In this document: positions 57,354-64,000 of the stretch, one piece after another
Position numbering within the stretch: position 1 is the first letter of the stretch
Layout of the letters: each line of letters opens with the position of its first letter
From: a virus
Lineage: Duplodnaviria; Caudoviricetes
Reading direction: 5' to 3' (one strand)
Virus record (IMG/VR): IMGVR_UViG_3300021255_002536
Span: 37,138 to 101,137 of that record
Length of the DNA stretch: 64,000 bases
The notes under the pieces: model-generated
The model's input: the letters and a program-made list of their open reading frames with translations, nothing else
What the model was told of the DNA's origin: nothing
Databases searched by the model: none
Translations under genes and position numbers: made by a program

Positions 57354-57485
57354 TTTTGTGAGCCATGGGCTCGGTTAAACATCAATTTCACGCTGCAAAG
57401 ATAGGTAATAATTTTGAATTGACCAAATAAAAACCTAATTATTTTCGCTTTTTCTTGAAAATTTTCATGTTTCTTTACAAAATTA
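57354..57485 (-). promoter_or_regulatory. Repeated promoter/leader module, copy 2
   Basis: TATCTTTG at 57396-57403; similar to 55260-55400. Confidence 0.75.
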
Positions 57486-57549
57486 ATGAATTAATGAATT
57501 AATGAAACGAAACCCAACCAGCCAAATCTAAGCCAGTTGGGTAGGGAAG

Positions 57550-58326
57550 TCAGGACTTACCGAAATGAGAAAAGGCATAGCAGAGGGCCATGACACTGGC
57601 CTCGCCAGCGGAACTGGAAATATCGGCAATATGATTGAGGTCATTAATGGTCTTATCACCTTCGCCGTGCTCCTTCATGGGCTTAATCTTTACACACTCA
57701 GGCATCAGCACCTCAATCATTTCTTCGAAACGGCCTACATCGTTGGTATCACCACGACGGGCTGCAACTGCATCAGCATGCTGCACGGCCAACTTACCAT
57801 CCAGAGCGGAGAAATAATTCTTGTTAGGGATATTGGGATTATACCAGTGATCCACGAACAAACCGGTGCCACCATGATTGTGGCCCAAACCAAAGGTAGT
57901 AATACAATAACGAGGCTCACCACACAGTTCCCAGACAGCACCGTCAACTATCAGATACCGCTTTGCACTATGGCGATAATTCTTCAGACAGAGCTCGCGA
58001 GTCCGGTCGGTGCTGACAGTAAACCATGGGCGTATCATCCTGGAAAGTTTCTCTGGCATAATATCAGCTTCGCCACCACCTGAGACAATATCCTGCATAC
58101 ACATACGGATGTAGAGCTTCTTACGGAAACAGCGTATCTCAGTCTTATTCTCACTGGTATGGTGATAGTCAGACAGACGGAAGGCCACAGGAGCCTCCTG
58201 GGACGTTACAGAAGTCACAGACAGCTTAATATCTTCCTCCTTATGCTCATAGCGAAGTTTGCGGCAACGAGGCGGCAAATAGGGCTCGTAATAATCAATC
58301 TTACAAACGATCTTAACGTGTTCCAT
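57550..58326 (-). CDS. Hypothetical protein
   Basis: 258 aa; YLPPRCRKLRY and GEPRY...TFGLGHNHGGTGLF motifs. Confidence 0.75.
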   Translation of the reverse strand: MEHVKIVCKIDYYEPYLPPRCRKLRYEHKEEDIKLSVTSVTSQEAPVAFRLSDYHHTSENKTEIRCFRKKLYIRMCMQDIVSGGGEADIMPEKLSRMIRPWFTVSTDRTRELCLKNYRHSAKRYLIVDGAVWELCGEPRYCITTFGLGHNHGGTGLFVDHWYNPNIPNKNYFSALDGKLAVQHADAVAARRGDTNDVGRFEEMIEVLMPECVKIKPMKEHGEGDKTINDLNHIADISSSAGEASVMALCYAFSHFGKS

Positions 58327-58354
58327 AATTTTATGAATTTATGAATTAATGAAA

Positions 58355-58648
58355 TTAAATCTCTCCCAACTGGTCACAGTCGGCAATAGTATAACAATAG
58401 TTCACATCCCAGCCAGTTGTGGCACCACGCGAACGCAGTTCCAGGCTGATATCTTCGCACACATCTTCTTTGCAGTCGAAGTCCATGCCATTGCCCTTAG
58501 CTGTCCGGAAGTGCTGGGCTGCTCGCTCGGCTATCAGCTTTTCAGCATTAGCCCTGAAACTCTCCTCAGAGGTACAAATGGCCATCAATACCAGACTGCC
58601 AGTAGATAACCACTCATCACCTTCGTATAATAACCACACCTTAGTCAT
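58355..58648 (-). CDS. Hypothetical protein
   Basis: 97-aa ORF. Confidence 0.65.
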   Translation of the reverse strand: MTKVWLLYEGDEWLSTGSLVLMAICTSEESFRANAEKLIAERAAQHFRTAKGNGMDFDCKEDVCEDISLELRSRGATTGWDVNYCYTIADCDQLGEI

Positions 58649-58658
58649 AACTCAAAAA

Positions 58659-59318
58659 TTAATGTCTCATATATACTTCACGCTTGATTCTTTTCAAGCA
58701 CATAAACTCATTCATTTCTTGATAGTCGGGGATGCCAATAATATGGCAACTAATATTGCGGAGATATCTGTCAGTAATGGCATTAACTCTCATATACCTG
58801 GGAGAGCCATACTTCAGGCGCAGACAGAGGCGAAAGCTCTGAGCGTTTATCTCTTTCCGGTTCTTACCATTCAGACGCTGCTCACGGCTGATAATAGGCT
58901 TAATATATGGATGGTTAAATGCAGCCTTGAACATAGGATAATCAATTTCCATCACGGGGGCCTGCTCCAGGTTGTAAGATTCTGGCTGGATGTCTGACCA
59001 CTCGAATGGTCGGGCCACCTTGCGGAACTCATAAACGGGATATTCACCGGTCACAGGATCCTTGGTGTCGTACACCCATACACCCTTGGCCACTGCTTCC
59101 TCCAGACTGGCACAAGCATGGTCACAGCCATCAACATGACAGTTATACGCATCGTCGAACCAGGTGCCTGGCATGTCAATCATAAACCAGTCATCCAGGA
59201 CTTGCTTTTTGCTATTGCCATGCTGGTGCCAGTCCTTGCGCACACGAGTAACAAACACTATACTCCGGTCGCCACGAACGCGGGGAGCATGAACGTAAAC
59301 AGTAATCACTTTAGCCAT
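58659..59318 (-). CDS. Hypothetical protein
   Basis: 219-aa ORF. Confidence 0.7.
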   Translation of the reverse strand: MAKVITVYVHAPRVRGDRSIVFVTRVRKDWHQHGNSKKQVLDDWFMIDMPGTWFDDAYNCHVDGCDHACASLEEAVAKGVWVYDTKDPVTGEYPVYEFRKVARPFEWSDIQPESYNLEQAPVMEIDYPMFKAAFNHPYIKPIISREQRLNGKNRKEINAQSFRLCLRLKYGSPRYMRVNAITDRYLRNISCHIIGIPDYQEMNEFMCLKRIKREVYMRH

Positions 59319-59337
59319 AACGTAAACACATTAAATA

Positions 59338-59544
59338 TTAACGAGCTGCATCGTAGATCTCCGGTTTGCTGCTGACATTATAGATATAGTCACCACAGCG
59401 CACTAACTTAGCATCGAGACCATAATAGAGATTCTTCATGCCCAGGATGGAACCAGAGCGATGGAAATTAGGGAACTGACTGAGACCGTATTTCTCGCGG
59501 TCGATTACAGGGAGAGTCCTGACGGGATATTTGCCACGCTTCAT
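59338..59544 (-). CDS. Small hypothetical protein
   Basis: 68 aa; FPNFH.SGSI.GMK..YYG.DAKLVRCG.YIYNV. Confidence 0.7.
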   Translation of the reverse strand: MKRGKYPVRTLPVIDREKYGLSQFPNFHRSGSILGMKNLYYGLDAKLVRCGDYIYNVSSKPEIYDAAR

Positions 59545-59619
59545 AACTTAATGAATTGATGAATTAATAAACCAGTGAAATTTCGCACATCGTATAAAGA
59601 GGGTAGGGGATGGAGGCTG

Positions 59620-61821
59620 TCAGGCAACCTCCGTCCGTTCTACTTCCATCAACCGGCCATCAGTCCAAACCACCTCAATACCCTTCTTACAGAAGATATC
59701 CTCGGCCTGGTAAATATAGTCATTATCTATCCAGAGGCCATAGAAAAGCACAGAGCCCTCGGCTGGATCTCTGGGAGCCACTGGCTTACGATTGAGCCAT
59801 TTGGCACCTATCTGGGCATCATGGCCATACAGTTCGCAGTGGTCGGCATAGCGGAAGAAGATAATACTCGACTTCAATCCAAATCGATCCTTCAGCTTAT
59901 AGAAGGCATCGTGATTGAGCGCACAGTTATGGCGAAGAAGTTGCTCCTGACGTTCGGTGTCATCGTCGGTACGCTGATTATTCGCAGACTCTATAACGGC
60001 AGCAGTCTCAGCCTCAGTCTCAGCCTCAGTCTCGGCGGTGGCTGTCTGCTCATCGGCAGACAGTCCAAACCACTTGCGAAGCTCGCTGACAGCCTCCGGA
60101 TCAGTGGCCTGCCATTGCTTCTGGGCCTTATTCCAGGTGGCACCGTGAGCCTTAATCTCACGTTTGTGGAAATAGGTATCTTTCCAGTCGTCACCAACGA
60201 CAGCCACACCACCTTCAATCTCCACCAGGTGCAAGCCAGCAGGCGCATCCCCGTTTTCCCCGTTTTCAGCCACGCTGACGGCCTTTTTACCACCCTTCGG
60301 GCTGTTGGTCGGGTCTGGAGTCGCTGGAGTCTCAGGAGCCACGAAATAGCTCGTATTAATAAATACGCGATAGGCCAGTGTATAACGAGAGACATAGAAA
60401 CGATCCTTATCAAAGTTATACTCACCGGCGTATAACTTACCATAGTCCACTCCCAGGTGCTTGGCCAGAGTGTTGGCCACTGAGTTATCGAAGTTCACGT
60501 AGTCGCCATCGTTTTCACCCTCGTAGGCAACCACCTCGGCTATTTTGGCATAGATAGCCTGTTTGGTCTCTTCGCTCATGTGGCGACGGGCTTCCACCTC
60601 CTTGGTACGGCTACCCATATACTTCTGGGCGAAATCCGTAAACTCGTAGTCCTGAGTATAACTCAGATCCTCCATGCCATTGAAACGGTCGCCATAGGTG
60701 GCAAACAGTTCGAGATCGGTCTGAGCGTCGAACTCCTCAGCCGTCGGGCCATCAGTCCAACAGAGTTCCCAGTCGGCACCCCATCCGTGCTCCTTGGTCA
60801 GTGTGAACTTCACACCAGGGAAGGCAGCCTGAGCCATCGCCAGGATGTTACGGCGGCGGCAGTTATTCAGTTTACGCTCGGCAGAGGTATGGGCCTTCGC
60901 TTCAGCACTACCACGCTTCATACCGGCATCCACGAATTTACTCCAGGCAGCACTCACGGCCTTCTCGTAGGACTCGACCTCCTCCATATATGGAGCCCAC
61001 TTCTGGCACTTGGCCTGGTACTCAGCCAGACGCTTCTCGGCAGACTCACGCTCTTGGCGCTCCTTCTCGGCCTTCTCTTCTGCCAGCTGATTCTGGATAG
61101 CGGAAATCTCAGGTTCAAAAACCTGTGAATAATTAAGCGCACTATAAAAGTAGCGGCAGTAGTCGTAGCCCTCGGCATCGATCATGTACCAGCGTCCGGC
61201 CTTATCCACCACGACGGCAGCGATGGAGTAGATAAGAGCTGTTTGCTCCTGGGTCAGGTTGTGGCTTCTCAGCTGTTCCTCGGTCAGGTCATCACTATAA
61301 AAACCACCCTCCAGGCCGTGCTCCTTCACCAGCGGATCGCACTCCTGATAGGTCATTGGCAGGGCATCCACCTGGATAACCTTCTCGATCTTCATCAGTC
61401 GGGGCTCCTTGTTGCCATCCTCCTTGCTGAACTCCACCAGCCAGCGAAGTTCGTGACGGTAGCCACCTTCGCCCTTCAGTCCGGATGTTACACCCCAGAC
61501 GAAATCACCCTCAGAGGGCACCGGACAGCCATTATTAGCGTGCTCGTAGGCAGCCAGAGAGTGAGCACAAAAGTTTGTGGCCAGATACTCTTCGGCCTTC
61601 TTCTGGATGATACTGCGAGCCTCCAGCTCTGCCAGCTCCACTGTGGATTTTCCGAACTCCTTGATAAAGGCCAGACGGGTCAGCGGGGCCATCACACCAC
61701 ACCAGCCGCACACACCCTCGTAGGACTCGGCATCCTCCTGGTACTCAGCGGTCAGCTCTGAATTGTTCAACACTACGACCAGACGGTCAACGATCTGCGA
61801 GAAAGAAACATTGTACTTCAT
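59620..61821 (-). CDS. Polyvalent protein: LPD29 domain plus C-terminal MutS-I-like domain
   Basis: FPGVKF.......WTDGPT......FNGMEDL (LPD29); IIFFR..D..ELYG.DA (MutS domain I-like). Confidence 0.75.
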   Translation of the reverse strand: MKYNVSFSQIVDRLVVVLNNSELTAEYQEDAESYEGVCGWCGVMAPLTRLAFIKEFGKSTVELAELEARSIIQKKAEEYLATNFCAHSLAAYEHANNGCPVPSEGDFVWGVTSGLKGEGGYRHELRWLVEFSKEDGNKEPRLMKIEKVIQVDALPMTYQECDPLVKEHGLEGGFYSDDLTEEQLRSHNLTQEQTALIYSIAAVVVDKAGRWYMIDAEGYDYCRYFYSALNYSQVFEPEISAIQNQLAEEKAEKERQERESAEKRLAEYQAKCQKWAPYMEEVESYEKAVSAAWSKFVDAGMKRGSAEAKAHTSAERKLNNCRRRNILAMAQAAFPGVKFTLTKEHGWGADWELCWTDGPTAEEFDAQTDLELFATYGDRFNGMEDLSYTQDYEFTDFAQKYMGSRTKEVEARRHMSEETKQAIYAKIAEVVAYEGENDGDYVNFDNSVANTLAKHLGVDYGKLYAGEYNFDKDRFYVSRYTLAYRVFINTSYFVAPETPATPDPTNSPKGGKKAVSVAENGENGDAPAGLHLVEIEGGVAVVGDDWKDTYFHKREIKAHGATWNKAQKQWQATDPEAVSELRKWFGLSADEQTATAETEAETEAETAAVIESANNQRTDDDTERQEQLLRHNCALNHDAFYKLKDRFGLKSSIIFFRYADHCELYGHDAQIGAKWLNRKPVAPRDPAEGSVLFYGLWIDNDYIYQAEDIFCKKGIEVVWTDGRLMEVERTEVA

Positions 61822-61885
61822 ATCTCAAACGGAATTAGAAATTAGACAAATTAGTGAAAAATCTCAGGGACTATAAAGAGAGTTT

Positions 61886-62191
61886 TTAAGCGGCGGGGGC
61901 CATCCTGTAGCCCTCCACCTTCTTACATAGAGCTTCAGCCAACAAACAAGCTGTGTGAGCATCCCAGCCGTGAGCACGGCGGCAGTAGTTATACGCACGA
62001 GCATAGAGCTCCTGGCGCGTACTATCCAGTATATCGCGACGGTCATCGCCCAGAGGCAGAGACAGGATATAAACCAAGTTTGTAAACGAGTTACAGAAGT
62101 GGTCGTTATAGTCGCTTGTGTTACTCAGAGCCTTGCGAAAATCGACGGTCAGACCCTCGACAGTAACCTCATATTTCTTCAAATTTGCCAT
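61886..62191 (-). CDS. Hypothetical protein
   Basis: 101-aa ORF ending APAA. Confidence 0.65.
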   Translation of the reverse strand: MANLKKYEVTVEGLTVDFRKALSNTSDYNDHFCNSFTNLVYILSLPLGDDRRDILDSTRQELYARAYNYCRRAHGWDAHTACLLAEALCKKVEGYRMAPAA

Positions 62192-62249
62192 AGTCGTATA
62201 TATTAATGGATTATTATTTTTGTGAATATTCTCAGGGCCTATAATGGGC

Positions 62250-62450
62250 TTAAATCGCAGTAGTGAAGTGATAGTTAAAGAAGATATAGATAGCTCCCCA
62301 GAGGGCCAGAGCCAGAAGGCTCCATGAGGTCAGACGGGGCCAGCGGTCAGCGATGGCGGCGACAGTCAGAGCGAAGCGCAAAAACATGCGATAGAGGGGC
62401 GAATTAAGTTCGCGGATCTCCTGGCGATATAAACGTGCATAGGTACTCAT
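62250..62450 (-). CDS. Small membrane protein
   Basis: 66 aa with hydrophobic C-terminal half. Confidence 0.6.
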   Translation of the reverse strand: MSTYARLYRQEIRELNSPLYRMFLRFALTVAAIADRWPRLTSWSLLALALWGAIYIFFNYHFTTAI

Positions 62451-62504
62451 AATATGATGAATTAATGAATTTATGAAACTTGTGAATTATCTCAGACTCT
62501 ATAA

Positions 62505-63170
62505 TTAGCACACAGCGAGTTTTAACTGGCCTCTGACAGTATCAAGATCCTCGTAAACGGCCTCGCCATTACTGAAGTGGCCCACACAGCCCAGACGGTG
62601 CTCAGAGCACGCCTGAAAAACCTCCTCCGCTTCATCCGTCAATTTCTGGAACTCGCTATAAACGCGACGGATGATGTTTTTAGCCTGGATTTTAGACAGA
62701 CCATTATTGCCAGTCCAGTTTTCGCTTATAACATCGGACTCATCGACGGCGTAATTTCCGGTCAGATCATAGTCAGAAACATAATAGCCCTCACGGTCAT
62801 AAACCTTCAAATTTCCATCCCAGTCGAAAGTGGCACCACTATAATAACCTGAGACAGTTTTAGCCGTCACCTTGATATCCAGAGAGAGCCCACAAACGAC
62901 CACACAGACAGTTTTCTCGGCGATATTTGAGCCTGGATAGTTACGATCTCCATCCCATCCCTCGGAGTCATCCCAGCCCTTCTCTTTTAGCATAGAGACA
63001 GCGGACTCCTGGCACCACTCAGCATCGCTCTGAGTCTGGCACTCATCGAACTGTCCCAGCCACTCCTGGGGCCAGTCGTTTGCATCGATATCCTCTTGTG
63101 TGATATACTTATTTGCGCCGAAGGCAAATATTTTACTCGTGTTCACTGAAGCGAAATTAGCTGTAGCCAT
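62505..63170 (-). CDS. Acidic hypothetical protein
   Basis: 221 aa; SGYYSGATFD and FSNGEAVYE motifs. Confidence 0.75.
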   Translation of the reverse strand: MATANFASVNTSKIFAFGANKYITQEDIDANDWPQEWLGQFDECQTQSDAEWCQESAVSMLKEKGWDDSEGWDGDRNYPGSNIAEKTVCVVVCGLSLDIKVTAKTVSGYYSGATFDWDGNLKVYDREGYYVSDYDLTGNYAVDESDVISENWTGNNGLSKIQAKNIIRRVYSEFQKLTDEAEEVFQACSEHRLGCVGHFSNGEAVYEDLDTVRGQLKLAVC

Positions 63171-63236
63171 AATATACTATTTTTGTAAGTTTAAAACTTG
63201 GTGAAAAATCTCAGTAACTATAATAGGGTCTATTTA

Positions 63237-63587
63237 TTAGGCGGCGGCCCTTGACTCCTCCTCAGAGCTGTTTTCGATATCCCACTCTAAATCGCGCTCA
63301 ATACATATAGAGATATAGGAGATAGCGAACTCTGCCTGTTTTTCCAGGTCAGAAAAATCCCACTCACTTGCATCGATCTCCCAGGTACTTGCGAAGTCGA
63401 TGACAGCCAGGATCTCGGACTCCATTTTACGGAGCCATGAGTCAACGGAACTCTGTGAAAAACCGCACTGGCTATAAACAAACGTGTTCCAGGGATCACG
63501 CTGAATATCACTCGGAGTATAATACTCTAATTCTTCTCTGACTGCCTGAATAAGCTCAGGGGCGTTTTTTTGTAACTGAATATCCAT
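63237..63587 (-). CDS. Acidic hypothetical protein
   Basis: 116 aa, ends RAAA; first gene after a promoter module. Confidence 0.7.
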   Translation of the reverse strand: MDIQLQKNAPELIQAVREELEYYTPSDIQRDPWNTFVYSQCGFSQSSVDSWLRKMESEILAVIDFASTWEIDASEWDFSDLEKQAEFAISYISICIERDLEWDIENSSEEESRAAA

Positions 63588-63597
63588 GTCTATAAAA

Positions 63598-63732
63598 CTT
63601 TTGTGAGGGCTGGCCCTCGGTTATTAATTAACTTTTGACGGTGCAAAGATACAAACTATTTTTGAAACTTGCAAGAAAAAACGGAAAAATTTTTGTTTTT
63701 CTTGAAAAGTTTTCGTGTTTCTTGACAAAATT
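63598..63732 (-). promoter_or_regulatory. Repeated promoter/leader module, copy 3
   Basis: TATCTTTG at 63644-63651 and leader hairpin GAGGGC.GCCCTC. Confidence 0.7.
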
Positions 63733-63764
63733 AGTATTTTTGCTCGTTTCAGGGTGAAAAACCG

Positions 63765-63841
63765 GTGATATTTCGCAGAAACTATAAAACGGTGAAAAAT
63801 CGCAGACTCTATAAAGCTGTGATATTTCGCAGACCGTATAA
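63765..63841. repeat. Three tandem copies (27-bp period) of the 23-bp GTGAWWWWTCKCAGnnnnTATAA motif
   Basis: Copies at 63765, 63792, 63819. Confidence 0.85.
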
Positions 63842-63878
63842 CGTATATATAATAATATAGGGAGCTCGCTGGCTCCCT

Positions 63879-63957
63879 CTGACATCCTTCTGTGCTCCCT
63901 GACATCCTTCTGTGCTCCCTGGTTCCTTCTGTCTGGTTCCTGACATCCTTCTGTGCT
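63879..63957. repeat. Short tandem repeat CTGACATCCTTCTGTGCTCC
   Basis: Two full copies plus partial copies. Confidence 0.8.
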
Positions 63958-64000
63958 GTGATGGATGACAGAGAGCTCCCAGGGCTCCCAGTGATGACAG

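Noticed and set aside
63624-63905. Two minus-strand ORFs with SAKYH/CEISP repeats
   Set aside because: They overlap the promoter module and DNA repeats; spurious.
1-64000. Stop-codon reassignment, diversity-generating retroelement or integrase
   Set aside because: Genes are full length under the standard code, and no reverse transcriptase, TR/VR pair or recombinase is recognisable in this window.

Overview
64 kb of a large temperate dsDNA tailed phage with a probable Bacteroidales (Prevotella-like) host, inferred from TTTG-N20-TAnnTTTG promoters and the protein families. It is probably a phage-plasmid: it has a Rep_3-type initiator with an iteron origin, ParA and a small partner, and no integrase is seen in the window. 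Layout: (i) 1-12.4 kb, leftward nucleotide-metabolism and accessory operon (dUTPase, ThyX, adenine MTase, radical SAM, DUF2829/Tad2-like protein, PriCT-2 primase-like protein), containing a ~400-nt structured non-coding element with two circularly permuted tRNA-like units; (ii) 13.4-22 kb, tape-measure protein followed by acyl carrier protein and ketosynthase; (iii) 22.6-30 kb, lytic replication genes (beta clamp, SSB-like, primase-helicase, exonuclease) with a divergent XRE repressor; (iv) 32-47.9 kb, rightward array of small ORFs ending in three putative DNA-modification genes each broken at a poly-G tract; (v) 47.9-54.4 kb, spanin-like lipoprotein, rep/ori/par and a truncated membrane-tailed NAD ligase; (vi) 54.4-64 kb, early/leading-type region with repeated promoter modules, a 23-bp motif in 9 copies and an LPD29 polyvalent protein. 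All calls were made by eye; no searches or folding programs were run.
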